From NCBI GenBank assembly GCA_009602725.1, contig WELB01000002.1:1086956-1150955 (forward strand): 64,000 bases of DNA, read 5' to 3'. The stretch comes from Spirogloea muscicola. Its lineage: Eukaryota. The notes under the pieces were generated by a model. It ran no database searches and had not been told where the DNA came from. It worked only from the letters and a program-made list of their open reading frames with translations. A program made the translations under genes and the position numbers. How positions within the stretch are numbered: the stretch's first letter is position 1; the number at the start of each line of letters is the position of its first letter. Below, one piece after another: positions 50,786 to 64,000 of this stretch.

Positions 50786-53700
50786 ATGGCGCCCGGCTCC
50801 AGCGGCGGCGGTGCGGGCCGCCAGGCGACAGGCGGCCAGTGCGAGCCTGCGCAGGCTGCCTCGGGCGGCCACGCCGCCATGGCGGCAGCCGCGAAGGAAG
50901 CCACGCCGCTCCCCCGCGGGCCTCTGCTGGCGCTGGCGGGGGCGCTGCTGACCAACTCCATGGCCTCCACGATCCTCCTCCCCTTTGCTGCGTTCATGGT
51001 CAGCCCTGCACGGCGCTTGCTTGCTCTCGTGGATGTGCCCCTGCCACCTCGCAATTCTCGCAGGCACAGGCATCGAGGAAGCCCGCTGAGCTACCATTGC
51101 AATGTCGCTGATGAGGAGGGCTCACGAGAAGCTCTGACTGACGGCCGGGCGGCTCGTCGCAACTGTCTTATGAAGGTGGCAGATTTCCACGTCACAGATG
51201 ATCCTGCACGCCTCGGGTCAGTCTTTTTCTCTCTGACTGGCTCGACTTCCGCGCATAAGTGGGAGCTCAGGATTCTAAGCTACACCTACACGATCTGGAC
51301 GAATCAGTGATCGAACACACAAGTCACTCAAATACTAAAGTCAAGGAACTCTTCCTGATTACTTGTGCTCGCTTGCCCGGTGGCTGCTCCTTCATGCAGC
51401 TACTATGCAGGTTATCTGGCCTCTGCCTTCAGCTTTGGGCTTCTTCTTTCAAGCTTTTTCTGGGGGTGGGTTGAACAAGGCCAAGCCCAGCCCGCTATGC
51501 AGGGTTGCAGCTCTCAGCCTCTTATGCATCCACAGTTCATACGGCTTTGGCATGTCAGAGCAGCAATTTTGGGCACTCAAGGTTTTCTCAGCATACACGA
51601 GACAAGCAGTAATGAATTTGCTTGTCTGGAACAGGCTGATGTCCGACCGCATTGGTCGGAGACCCGTGATCCTCTTTGGACTTTTCACCAACTTAATCTG
51701 TGCTCTCATATTCGGCTTCAGCAAGACTTTTGGAGTCGCAATAGGGGCTCGCTTTGCAAATGGCCTTCTCTCTGGTGTGGTTGGCGTGGGAAAGACGTGA
51801 GAGGCTGCACTTCATGCAGAGACTCGAATTTTGAAGAATCTATAGATGAACATCCTTGCAAGACTTGCATGCTATAGCCCAGCAAAAAGCGCATGTTTTC
51901 ATAGAGTCGTTATGGGCATATGAGATGGCAGTGGCTCTGTGTGACCATCAGCTGTGGAATGACAGGGCTTTGTCGGAGATTAGCGATTCGTCCAACCAGG
52001 CTGCAGGGTGAGTTTGACCTTTTCATGATTAGGGGGGCTCGACTGCAAGGAAAGCTTTTGATGAGCTTAAGCAGCTTGTCTTTGCCAATGCTTGTCACAG
52101 CTTGACATTGTGTTAGCTGTGTGCAGCTGCTTATCGCCTGACACCAGAATTTAATCATTGCAGCTTCTCAATCATTGGCGTCTGCTGGGGCATTGGCTTG
52201 CTATTCGGTGAGGCGCTTTGAAGTCACTTGACTGACTCTTCAAGTGTGACCTTTGCAATGGGTAGGAGTATTGAAAGGTTCTGTGAGGAATGGGCAATCC
52301 TAAACCCCAAGCCCCCTGAGTCCTAAACCCCTTAACCCCTAAATTATATACTTCAAACCCTAAATTGATCATTGCCGGCTGCTTTGATGGATGCTTTCAA
52401 CGTCTGCACAGTTGGCAGCAGGAGCTTCGACTAACAATATATTTTGCATGTTGTAGGCCCTGCTGTTGGAGGACTGCTGTGCCAGCCAGCTGAGAAGTAC
52501 TCCAACTTGCCCATATTTGCAAGGGGTACCATTTTTGACCAGTATCCCTTTGCTCTTCCCTGTCTACTGCTGGCGATTTTCACAACTGTAGGCCTGTGTC
52601 TATGTATAGCCTTCCTCCCTGAGACTCTAGGGAGGGCTAAAGCCATTCCAGCGATGGGCTTAGACGATGGCGAGGATGGAGATCACCTCCTTCCATCTCA
52701 TGGTGGCAAGCAGCTCTCAGCTGGCATACAAGAGTTAGAGCTTCAGAGAGAGGATGATATTGCCTTGCAGGTCATCCCAGGCATTGCAGGCTGTGATCTT
52801 CCAGGTCATGCGACCAGCCCAGCATCCGTCTTGTCAGTAAGTCCTGCGCTTGAAGAAACAAGCTACATTCAGTGCACAGTGGAAGGAGGTGCACTATGTG
52901 ATGAGCTGGCTTCGTGGAATGCTGGAAAGCCCGAAGCTATGGAAGATACCACAGTCTCGCTGTTAGCAGTGAAGGACCCTGAATATTTACAGGCGCAGTC
53001 CTCAGCTCGAAGTTTACGTAGGTTAGGTACTTTCTCCAAGAACAAGGGTGAAAGGGGCTATACTGCTTGGTTCCTGCATTTCTGGTCAAGGAATAAGGAC
53101 AGCAGTGCAAGGTACACCAGCTCAGAGCTTGATGACTGGTCTTTACGTGCTAAGAAGAAACTGGAGGAGGAGAAAGAAAGGTCTGAAGTTGCTGAAGGCA
53201 AACCGAGCATGCTAAATGCCCTTTTAGGAGAGCAGGATACAGGTGATTCCTGACTCTGTCCCTCATTCTGTCAGCCTATAATGCATGGTCTCATGTTGGA
53301 AGTAGATGACGAGCATTGACAATGAGCACCTCATGGAGCGGAGTGCATGATAATTGTGTGTAATATACTCATGTTTGTCTCTATGATGCAGTAGTTGCAA
53401 TCCTGGTGTATTGCGGAATGTCTTTCATTTTCTCAGACTTTGATGAGGTAGGAAGCGGTCCGACAGGTGCCACAGCTGCTTGTGCCTCAATGATTGTTTT
53501 CTCATCAGAAATGGATGAGAACATGTATTCCGATCTTCCTGTGTAAAGCACTAGCCTATGCTTCTATCAGCTGTTGTGAGATTGTATACGAGGCTGCATG
53601 TGTTGCATAATAACGTGTTGCCTGTTTGCTGTTTACTCTCTGCTCTAGGTATTCCCGCTTTGGTCCCTGAGTGATCCGGCTGTAGGGGGCCTTCATTTTG

Positions 53701-54647
53701 GAACGAATGATGTCGGCCTCGCGCAGACTGCTGGTGGTGCAGCACTAGTGAGTCTGTCCACCACGGTTCCTTGCCTTGTTGTAAGGACTCCTGGCATTGA
53801 GCAGCTTGGCAGCTTCCATGAAGGTATTCACCCACTGTTGAAGGACGCTTGCTGCTCTCAGATTCCATTCCAGTTGCTGGTGTACCCTCGCATGGTGAAG
53901 TACATGGGACCACTGAAGACCCTGCGGGTTGGCCTAGTTATAGCGCTGGTCATGTCCTTATTGCCATTAGTGCACTTGCTTGGGAAAAGCGGTGCTACAG
54001 TACATGTGGCTGTTACGGTCGGCATGATGTTGAGAAGGTGAGTTAAGCAGCTATTAAGTACACTCTCAGGGATGCTGTATTACTGGCAATGGTGACAAGA
54101 AGAGAGAGAGCGTGCAGTACGCATGCAACAAAAGTGAGGCCACATCAGCCAATACACTGGTCACGCAAAAGCTAGTGCAATGGATTGGGAATGAAGACAT
54201 TAAGTAAGGATGTTGAGAATATCATTGCGTGATCTGCTCAATAGCTCATCATACTCGTCAGTAGAGTGGTGGAGAATGGAATACTTGGCTGAGCACTTTC
54301 TTGTGCACAGCTCCACTGACCCGTTCATGTCTCGTCATTGCAGTGTGGGCTCTCTATGTGGTTTCACGTCCATATTTATCCTCATTGTCAACAGCGTGAG
54401 CCTCCCTCAGCATCTTGGTGCAGTCAATGGTCTGGCTCAGACAGGCTCTGCCATCAGCAGAGCACTGGCACCGACAGTGGGGGGCAGCATGTATGCTTGG
54501 AGCATCAGTGGCAAGTCCAGCCCTCACAAATTCACTCTCTTTGACTACCACTTGCCCTTTGTATTCATTGGCTTCTTGATCATATTCATGATTCTTCTTT
54601 CTATGAAGTTGCCACCATCACTAGACAACCGCAAATTTCTTTCCTAG
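50786..54647 (+). CDS. Major facilitator superfamily transporter, ZINC INDUCED FACILITATOR-LIKE type
   Basis: ILLPFAAFMV.DF, GYYAGYLASAF, MFS motif A SDRIGRRPVIL, ARFANGLL.G, GPAVGGLL.QPAEKY..F..YPFALPC, NSV...LGAVNGLAQ..AI.RALAPT.GG. Long central loop. Confidence 0.88.
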
Positions 54648-55574
54648 GAGCTCCTAGGAGGTGACCAGCTATTGCCCTACTCTTCTGCCTCTACACGGCA
54701 AATTTGATCCATTCTTTGGGCAGCATTGCCCTTACTCGATGTTGCACGCTTTCTGACATGAAGTTGATCAGTTGCAGCACACAGCTGGCATAGCTGCCGG
54801 TAAAGTCAGACTTGCGATTTCGCCCGCATATGAGTGTGCCCAACTCAATTGTGCCAATCTCAGCACAACTTATGGTCCCACTGACTTTGTATAAGAAGTC
54901 TCATCACGTTATTTCTATGGGGCAACGTTTAGCAATATGGCAAGGGACCACTCATACGACTGCAAATAAGTCACTGGAGTACGTGCAGCAGTAGCCAAAT
55001 ATCTCTAGTCAAGGGATCCATCGAACTTATATTGTTTGAGTTGTTGTTGTACTCTTGCTTCTGCACTTCTGAAGTAGGGTGGGTTTGTCGTGTTCCACCT
55101 GTTGTCCACAAGCAACATACAGGACATACTGCAGAAACAAGCAGTCCATGCACTTGGACATGCTGATGATGAAGCTGACCAACTTATCCACTCGAGGCAT
55201 TCTGCCATTGAGAAACAGACCAGCTTTTCTGCCGAGCACTTCATGATGGTTCTGACCACCTCGCCATGCATGGTAGCAGGGCGTCGTTCACACTACTCGT
55301 GCACTGACACAAGACTCTTCTTGGTAGGTGCTGAAAGAGATGAAGACGTGAAGCAAAGATGTGGTAGAAGCCACATCGACCTGAGCTAAGCAAGGACTTC
55401 CCATGCTACAGCAGGGATGTCTACAATGTGGTGGCCGCACAATATGGAAAATGTGTAGACAGGGATGAACAATGGTAGTCATATTGTTGACAGACGGGCG
55501 CCAAGCTATGGTACATAGCTACTGCCATGCAGCATTTTGCATGGAGAACCTTGATGAGGGCATGCCTTGGGGCA

Positions 55575-56973
55575 TCAACCTCGGCCTCGGCCCCTGAACC
55601 CTCCAGCACCCCTACGGCCCCCCCGGAAGCCACCACCTGGGCTGCCACCACGGAAGCCCCCGCCTCCTCCCCTCGAGGCGCCCCGGAAGCCCCCACCCCC
55701 TCTGCCACCACCTCGGAAACCACCTCCTCGACCACCACGGAAGCCACCCCGCTGACCTCCCCGTCCTGCGCGGGACCACAGAAGGCTTAGGGAACGAGTC
55801 ATGAGTGGACTGCAAGACGCTCGCAGCCCAAGGAGACTAACTCCTGAAAGGCGACTTGTTCGTCATAGGTACAATCAGGCCCCGTCGAGTGCCAGCAAAG
55901 ATAGTCAGAGCTTCAATATCGCCCCATGTGATGTCCAGCAAAGATGGCTAGCAGAGCTGGGAGGAGGCTGCCTCCTCACCTCCCCGTGCACCACCTCGAC
56001 CTCCACCTCGCCCTCCTCCGCCACCCTCTCCCCTGCCCAAAGTGGAGCTTGTATGCATTAGCTTCTAGAGGCCCCAAACAAAAGCATGGCAATCTGCAGC
56101 TCGTTGCAAGGCAGCTCACCAATGACCAAAAATGGCTAAAGAGCAACAGGTCGTACTTAGAGCAGCTTCTATTCAAGACTGAGGTGGCAATCTGGTGCAG
56201 CATGGGCCCCTTACTTTGGCTGCGGCAGGAAGCGCTGGAGAGGCAGCAGCTTGTTCGGGTCGATGAAGAACTTGTCGCCCACGTCGTAGGAGGACGCAAT
56301 CACGCCCTCCTGCATCTTCACGGAGAAGTACTGCACAAAGAGCAGGAGGAAGCGAAGCTTGCTGTCCTCAGCTAGCAGTCCTCTGCTGCGTCTCAACCAA
56401 GGCCGGCCATGGCGCGTTGTCCAAGACCACTTTGACTCCAACTAGGGCGAGACCGTCGGCCATGCCGTCTATGCACGTAGAAGACGAGTGCACCAGGGCA
56501 TGCGAGCAAGCGCCCAAGCATCGTAATGTGCGTGAGACGACACTACGTTCCACTCGTCTGAAGCTCCCGCATGTGAAGTTCGCCTTGGGGCGCTAGAGGC
56601 GCCAGCTTCTGCTCGTCACCGAAGGCGCGGCGCAAGTGGGGTGGGGGCCAACGAACTGACCGACTCGTTGATGGGCCCGAAGATCTCCTCCACCTTCCCG
56701 ATCTGCGTCTTGTTCTCCAGGTAGATGGGCGCGTTGAAGTACGGCACCTTGTCCGAAGTCAGCTTCACCACCGCCTCGCCCTCGCAGGCGTGCAGGAACG
56801 TCGACACCTCTGCGCCCGCGCATGGCAGCCAAGGCGCGCCCCGCCGTCAGGCAGTGGCCGCGTCGGCGACGCCGCGCTCGGGGCTTCTCGTCGGTGGCGG
56901 AGCCGGCGGCGGCGGGGCCCCACCGATGACCTCCTCGGGCGGGCCGTCGTAGTAGCCGCCGCCGCCGCCGCCG
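55575..56973 (-). CDS. GAR1: H/ACA ribonucleoprotein subunit GAR1 (start in gap)
   Basis: [54 protein letters not shown]...DKF.IDP.KLLPL.RFLP, RGG-repeat C-terminus ending at 55575. Confidence 0.95.
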
Positions 56974-57278
56974 NNNNNNNNNNNNNNNNNNNNNNNNNNN
57001 NNNNNNNNNNNNNNNNNNNNNNNNNNNNNNNNNNNNNNNNNNNNNNNNNNNNNNNNNNNNNNNNNNNNNNNNNNNNNNNNNNNNNNNNNNNNNNNNNNNN
57101 NNNNNNNNNNNNNNNNNNNNNNNNNNNNNNNNNNNNNNNNNNNNNNNNNNNNNNNNNNNNNNNNNNNNNNNNNNNNNNNNNNNNNNNNNNNNNNNNNNNN
57201 NNNNNNNNNNNNNNNNNNNNNNNNNNNNNNNNNNNNNNNNNNNNNNNNNNNNNNNNNNNNNNNNNNNNNNNNNNNNNN

Positions 57279-58495
57279 GCCTGCACGGGCCGTGCTCCGC
57301 CTGCGCCAGCGTGGCGGGCTCGGCCAGGCCCAGGCGCCCGCCGCTGCCGCGGCGTCCGCCGGCAGCAGCGCGCACGTCGAGGGTGAGCTTTCACACTGCC
57401 CGCCGGCACCACGGAGCGCTGGAGCCCGAGCTGTGGCTTTGTCGGCTCGCCCGCGGTCGCGCCGGCGGGCCGCGGTCTCTCTGGCGCTCGCTGACAGCAG
57501 GAGGGGCGCCGACGGCAGCACGGTGCCGCCGGCAGGAAAGGCGTGCGGCATGAGCAGGCCGTGCCTGCTGCGCCGCTGCAAAAGTAGCGGCCGCCCTGCT
57601 GGGGCAGTCCGCTTCCGGGAGTGCAAATGAAAGATGCGTCGTGACCTCGGTGGCTGAGCCGCCTGGGCGCGCACGCGTGCAGCTCGGAGCGCACCCATCA
57701 GCTTCCATATAGCCGACACCACGCTGACGCTGCCCTTCTCCGCTGACTCCGCACGCGGCCTGGACGCCGCCATTGCCAGCCTGCTGCAAACCTTCAAGGT
57801 TGGCCACTAAGCCTCATCAGCTGCGCCCTGGCTAGCCAGCTCCTCGGAGTCCTACGGCTGTGCTGCTCGTCGTGGTCATCCCCTTCGTCTCTGTGCATCT
57901 CAATGTGCATCTCACCGCATAGCATCGAGCTCAGAACGAGCGCTTCGGCACTACGATCAGGCACTGGTGCTCACGTGATAGAGCTCCACATCTGCAGGAC
58001 AAGGAGAAGGCCGCGAGGCCGCAGCGGTGGAAGGCGATGGACTTTCGAGCAGTGTATGCTGCTTTCTCTCCACTAATGAGAGGCCCCATGCTGTCCTGGG
58101 CTCGCCGTAGTTGATATTTGAGTTGGTTAGGGCATGACTGGTTGCTCTCACACGACGTTTCATCACAGCACTGAAGCAGAAGGAGACAGTGTTGTCCTTG
58201 AGGCTTTCTGCAATCCAAACGCCTACTCAAATGCATTCCAGGTCCAAGCCGCTGATAGACCAAGCAAGAGCATGATCGACCACTTCAGATGCAAGACTTC
58301 TGCATCTTTTGACAACTTGATAGATGGCTGTTAGTCAAGCGCGTCATAAGTAATTGCGTTCCCTGATGACATGGTCTGGCTGCGCAGGCAAAGGTGTTGA
58401 TCACGGTTGAAGACAAGCTGCTGAAGTTGACCTCCGAGGGCCAGCTCAGTGCAATCAAGGCTGATGTCGACCAATACCTTGATAGCCATCAATAA
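57279..58495 (+). CDS. Small, probably plastid-targeted conserved hypothetical protein resembling a cyanobacterial family (start in gap)
   Basis: Canonically spliced exons: ISFHIADTTLTLPFSADSARGLDAAIASLLQTFK, DKEKAARPQRWKAMDF, VVLEAFCNPNAYSNAFQ, AKVLITVEDKLLKLTSEGQLSAIKADVDQYL*. The LE.FCNPN....F.AKVLITV motif is recalled from cyanobacterial hypothetical proteins. Confidence 0.7.
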
Positions 58496-58819
58496 GATAC
58501 TATGGATGTTGGGGATTGAGGCATCGCATCTGGCAAATGTATCTGCTTTGCAAGCGCAAGTTGCAACTCTTGAATGTACGAAGTGCCCATGCCTACAATA
58601 TGGTACCCTCGAGCTACTAAATCTTGCAAGTGCATGGGCTTGAGTGACGAAATTGAACAGTGGATCAGCCTGCTAATGACACGCTTCCCACTGGGAGCCA
58701 GAACTGCAGCCATGGCGCTGCTGAAGCCCTGAAGTTTACACATCTTGAGCTTGCCAGCAAACTGCGTAAAGAATGTGAGCCTAAAGCGGGCCATGTGACG
58801 TACTCGACTGGTTACCCCT

Positions 58820-60526
58820 TCACATCAGCTTCAGGGAGCCTGTGACCTCGTCAACGATATCAGCAGGACCTGCATAGCAAGCAGGACGCGCACAACTCCT
58901 TTGTCAAATTCATGGCAATGTGCCATTTTGTCGTACATTGCACCACTTAAGAGAAGCAGAAAATAAGACCAACAGCTGGACAAAGAGGGAGATACAAGAA
59001 GATGCTTGGAGTTGCTACTGACCCAAGAGCGACATCACTGTTCTGGAATCTGCTTGAAGTGCAGCCAACAGCAAGTTGAGAGCATCAGCAAACTCGTAGT
59101 TGCAATGTATTGATAGTGTATACTAAAATTGTGTTCACCATGTCAAAGGGAAGCAGACAGCTGCATGTCCTGCTTTTATGAAAGACTCAATATGCTAATA
59201 CATTCGAGTCTCGAGGTCAGTAGCATCAGTGAGATATGTCAACTTACTGGGCGCAATCTGTGTACGTCCTGCATCAATGGTTATGTGCGATGGGAGGTCC
59301 TTCTCCTTGGCCGCTTTCTGTGGCCGTCATTGCATCACAAATTCATAAGTTGATCATATCGAAATCTTGGAAAAGACAAATTAAGAATGTGCCAACTTAA
59401 CAAGCCCTCATCTTGGACTCAAAGTACAATTGCTTGGCTAGTCCATTTGGGCCCCATTATATCTCTACCGCAGCCATACACGCCGTACTTGAGTCAGCTG
59501 ATAAATACCTGGAGCGTGAGGAGTTCCTCCTCAGATTCTACGCGCAAGACCACCTTGACCTGCCCACAATCCTCCCACCTGAGCTGGCAAGCATGTGATT
59601 ACCGCGACCGCAATAGAGCAAGAGAATCGTAACAGGCAGCTAAAGAAGGTGCCTTCCTCCGCGGCCACTAGAAGCTCCTGACAGACGTGTGCCCGGGCGC
59701 AATTGTGCAACTCAACATCGAGGTGCTCCAGCAACAATTGGTGTATATTTGCTGCAAGCTGTGATCATGCTGCATCCCAGCTCTGGACGCACTGAATCTG
59801 CTTCGAAAGCTGCTGTCTCACTTGTTTAACGTCGTTGGGGCAGTCTTGATTATCTTCTTGTACAGGCCCAGAGTGGCGTGACTGGCCCACATGGTTTCAA
59901 TGAGCAGGCTTGCGATCGAGTCAGGCCGTGGTGCAGCTCACAACTGCAATATGATAAGAGTAGCGAAAAGCGTGAACCTGTGCTAAGAATGTGTCACGAG
60001 CCAGCTGCCTTCCTAGCCGCATGATATCTGCATCAAGCAGTACAGACCTGGTGACCTTGCCTATGGATCAAGCCTGAATTCACAGCCCTGGTGTATGACC
60101 TTAGATCCAACGAAGTGGTCCCAAGACATGTGCAAGAAAGCGAGGCCGTAGGCCGAAGCTGAGTTGCAAACGCGGAGGCTTGCATGCAGGCAAGAGCTAT
60201 CACCTGCACTGGGCCGCGATCTTGCCCTTGCCCATCTTCAGGTCGTTCCTGACAACCAGAACCTGCGCCGTTGCCGAGGGCCGCAGTGAGCAGAGGCTGT
60301 GGAGCGCAGCTTGCCAGCTGCGCCTCAGAGGCGTCCCGGGATTCGGCCTGCCCCGCGGCGGAGCGGAAGCACCGGCGTTGAAGAAGGCCGACGTCGCGTG
60401 CGCTGACCATCTTGACGTCGTCGGTGGCGGCAGCCAGCCTCTCCACGGGGTGCCGCTGGACGGTGCGCCGCTCCTTGGCAGCGGGCGCGGGTGCCGCGTC
60501 CGGGGCCGGCGCCGGGCCGCGGCGGC
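58820..60526 (-). CDS. PTH2: Peptidyl-tRNA hydrolase 2 (start in gap)
   Basis: Exons DVKM|VLVVRNDLKMGKGKIAAQC|SHATLGLYKK, WEDCGQVKVVL, ITIDAGRTQIAP, SRTVM, GPADIVDEVTGSLKLM*. Confidence 0.93.
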
Positions 60527-61547
60527 NNNNNNNNNNNNNNNNNNNNNNNNNNNNNNNNNNNNNNNNNNNNNNNNNNNNNNNNNNNNNNNNNNNNNNNNNN
60601 NNNNNNNNNNNNNNNNNNNNNNNNNNNNNNNNNNNNNNNNNNNNNNNNNNNNNNNNNNNNNNNNNNNNNNNNNNNNNNNNNNNNNNNNNNNNNNNNNNNN
60701 NNNNNNNNNNNNNNNNNNNNNNNNNNNNNNNNNNNNNNNNNNNNNNNNNNNNNNNNNNNNNNNNNNNNNNNNNNNNNNNNNNNNNNNNNNNNNNNNNNNN
60801 NNNNNNNNNNNNNNNNNNNNNNNNNNNNNNNNNNNNNNNNNNNNNNNNNNNNNNNNNNNNNNNNNNNNNNNNNNNNNNNNNNNNNNNNNNNNNNNNNNNN
60901 NNNNNNNNNNNNNNNNNNNNNNNNNNNNNNNNNNNNNNNNNNNNNNNNNNNNNNNNNNNNNNNNNNNNNNNNNNNNNNNNNNNNNNNNNNNNNNNNNNNN
61001 NNNNNNNNNNNNNNNNNNNNNNNNNNNNNNNNNNNNNNNNNNNNNNNNNNNNNNNNNNNNNNNNNNNNNNNNNNNNNNNNNNNNNNNNNNNNNCTCCTGC
61101 GCCTGCACGTCAGGTCTCCCCCGCCTCTCCCTCCCTCCGCCCCTGCTGCAGCAGCTGCTTCCGCTGCCCCCCCCCCTCATTGCTCCTCTCGCCGTCTCCT
61201 TCCCTCACTTCCCCCCACCCCCTCTCCTCCGGGACCCCCCCGCGTGTGTGTCTCGCTGTGTGGACAAGGTGTTCAGTGGCCTCCTCCGACGCCTTTCGCC
61301 AGCGTCTGCGTTTCTCTGCTGAGATGCGCTTTCAATGTCAATCACATATATTCCCTCCCCCAGAGCAGCTCGCAGCTCGCATCCTTCAGTGATCACCCGC
61401 CGCTGTGCCAGTGGCGAGCAATGTGGCAACAATCTGGCAGTAGCTGAGCAAGCACAGGCCTTGGCGCCGCCTCTGCCAAAGCGAGACTGCTTTTGCGGCT
61501 TAGGAGCGCTCAGCGCTTGACCGATAGGCTCTCCACTGCTCCACCAG

Positions 61548-64000
61548 GTACGACAGCCGCGAGCGCCTCCACGTCCAGATTGCAGGGGCTCGGCCCCGTT
61601 GGGAGGTGCCCGGCGACCTCCTGCCGCGCGACAACATCAGCGACCAGAATGTGGCATGCAGCGCCGCCCTGCTCCGGGCCAGTGGCGAGGCTGCCGCCGA
61701 GCCCTTCGAGGACGACCTGCCGGGGCTGCAGACCGAATTTCGGGGGCCCCCAAGCCTCGACTCGCTGCTCGTCTTCTCGTACACCGTGCAGCCTTTTGGC
61801 TTCGCCGTGTCACGCAGCGACACAGGCGAGGTGCTCTTTAACAGCACCCCATCGTCAGCGACGTGCCCCTTCCACCGGGGCACGGCGGCCGTTCAGCCGC
61901 TTGTCTTCAAGGACCAGTACCTCAGCCTGTCGACGGCGCTGCCGCGTGATGCGCACGACCTGTATGGCCTCGGCGAGAGCACGCGGCCAGACGGCCAGCG
62001 GCTCTCGCCCGGCAGCCGGTACACGCTCTGGGCGTCTGACATTGCATCGAGCACACTTAGTGTCAGCCTCTACAGCTCCCACCCCTTCTACCTGGACCTG
62101 CGCCACGGCGGCAGCGCACACGGCGTGCTGCTTCTCAACAGCAACGGCATGGACGTGGAGTATGGGCACGGCAGCTTGACGTACCGCGCTATCGGCGGCA
62201 TCCTCGACTTCTACTTCTTCGCAGGGCCATCGCCGCTTGCCGTCGTGGACCAGTACACGGCGCTGGTCGGCCGCCCAGTCATGCCGCCGTACTGGACGCT
62301 AGGTGAGCCAAGGCGGAGCCCATCTTGCCTATGACATCGGCTTTGTAGCAGGCTTGCTGATCTTGTAGTTGCGAGCAGCCCCAAAGCACTCCGGATGCCG
62401 AAGCTTCATACTGTTGCTGGCGCGCGCAGGCTTCCATCAGAGCCGGTACGGGTACAGGGACTTAGAAGAGTTGGCGGGAGTGGTGGCGCACTACAAGGAC
62501 GCCAGAATTCCCCTGGAGGCCATCTGGAGTGACATCGACTCTATGCACGATTGGAAGGACTTCACACTAGACCCCGTCAACTTCCCCGAGGCTGGTATGC
62601 GCGAGTTTGTGGACAAGCTCCACCAAGAGGAGCAGCACTTCATTGTCATCATCGATCCAGGTCCGCCTGCTGGCACCTTGCAGGCCTGCGGCAAGACTGT
62701 GAGAGTGGTCAGGGCTCTCGCCCAATGTCTGAGGTCTTTCAATGTGCCTCGTCTCGTGCCTCGACATTCTGATCAGGGGTGCTCCCTGCTCCAAGCCAGA
62801 ATTATCATTTAGAGGCTCAGCTAGACCAAAACACGGCAGACTATAATTGCTGAGCCAGCAAATTTCTCTTTCTATTTAGTAGACGCTGATGGTATGGAAT
62901 GGAATGGGAATGCATAGAAATGCACACATGCAGTGACCATGAAATTAGGATTGGCAGGCATAAAGGTGGAGAAAGGCTATCCGGCATATGAGCGCGGGCT
63001 CGCAGAAGGCGTGTTCATCCTGGACCGGCAGGGCGCGCCGTATCTCGGCCAGGTGTGGCCGGGCCCCGTGCACTACCCGGACTTCCTGCACCCCGCGACC
63101 GAGGGGTATTGGGCGCGAGAGATTGTGGAGTTCCACGGCCGTCTGCCCTTCGACGCGCTCTGGATCGACACCAACGAGCCGTCAAACTTCTGCACCGCCA
63201 TTGCGGCCTCGCTGCCTGAAGACCGCCCCTGCCCAGTGAGCCAAGCCGATGTCCTCACTTGCTGCCTGGTCATCAACGATACCGATCCCTCGCTGTGGGA
63301 CCGGCCTCCGTATGACATCAACGCCGGCGGCGGCAAGCTGCACCTCAATTACCGGACCGTGGCCATGAGCGCGACCCACTACAATGGCGTGTTGGAGTAC
63401 AACGCGCACAACCTCTACGGCCTGGCCGAGGCGAAGGCCACCAGCGCAGCCATGTGGCGTATCCTCGGCCGCCGCCCATTCGTGCTGTCAAGGTCCACGT
63501 TTCCCGGCGCCGGGCGCTTTGCCGGGCACTGGACGGGCGACAATGCAGCGACCTGGGAGGACCTGTACTACTCCATTCCTGCTATCCTGGACATGGGCTT
63601 GTTTGGCATCCCATTTGTTGGTGCTGACATCTGTGGATTCGCGGGGAATACTACGGAGGAGCTCTGCAGCCGGTGGGCACAGCTGGGCGCCTTCTACCCC
63701 TTCAGCCGCAATCACGGGGCGATTGAGTCTTCCCACCAAGAGCTCTACCTGTGGGAAAGCGTTGCCGAGGTCGCCAGAAACGCTCTGGCGCTGCGGTATC
63801 GACTGCTGCCATACTTGTATACGCTCTCCTATGAGGCGCACGTCTCCGGCCACCCGATGGCTAGATCCCTGTGGATGCACCACTCGCAGGACCCGCAGAC
63901 CATTGGCATCGACAAGCAATTTCTCCTGGGGAGTGGACTTCTTGTGACGCCAGTGCTGACCAAAGGCACTGTGACTGTGGAGGGCTACTTCCCAAATGTG
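61548..64000 (+). CDS. Glycoside hydrolase family 31 alpha-glucosidase/xylosidase; 5' end upstream or in gap, 3' end beyond the window
   Basis: RWEVP, LVFKDQYL, LYGLGE, LYSSHPFY, NSNGMDV, GGILDFYFF, MPPYW.LGFHQSRYGY, W.DID, VWPG...YPDF, WIDTNEPSNF (nucleophile), HNLYG, SRSTF, HWTGDN, GADICGF, LGAFYPFSRNH. Confidence 0.95.

Overview
Eukaryotic, intron-rich, GC-rich nuclear scaffold with plant-type genes, most likely a streptophyte green alga (inference), from a gapped assembly. About 14 spliced protein-coding genes can be read: plastid trigger factor, eIF5A, plastid GNAT1/SNAT2-like acetyltransferase, class I histone deacetylase, FtsHi2, the 3' part of a receptor-like kinase, TMEM131-like, BAP31-like, EXA1/GIGYF-like GYF protein, ZIFL-type MFS transporter, GAR1, a cyanobacterial-type hypothetical protein, PTH2 and a GH31 alpha-glucosidase. 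Several lose their GC-rich first exon in N gaps. Five intergenic tracts (1-4760, 13760-14230, 21620-22350, 28680-32100, 50200-50610) hold 5'-truncated, mostly nested copies of a CRE-like non-LTR retrotransposon family with a restriction-like endonuclease (RLE). Several diverged subfamilies share a C-terminal L(T/S)RGY-stop motif. Most 3' ends carry a GGGCTGG-loop-CAGCC hairpin and a pyrimidine tail. The most interesting signal is that several copies appear to have inserted into the loop of that same hairpin, which suggests self-targeted nesting. All exon boundaries were read by eye, and protein family calls rest on recalled motifs rather than database searches.
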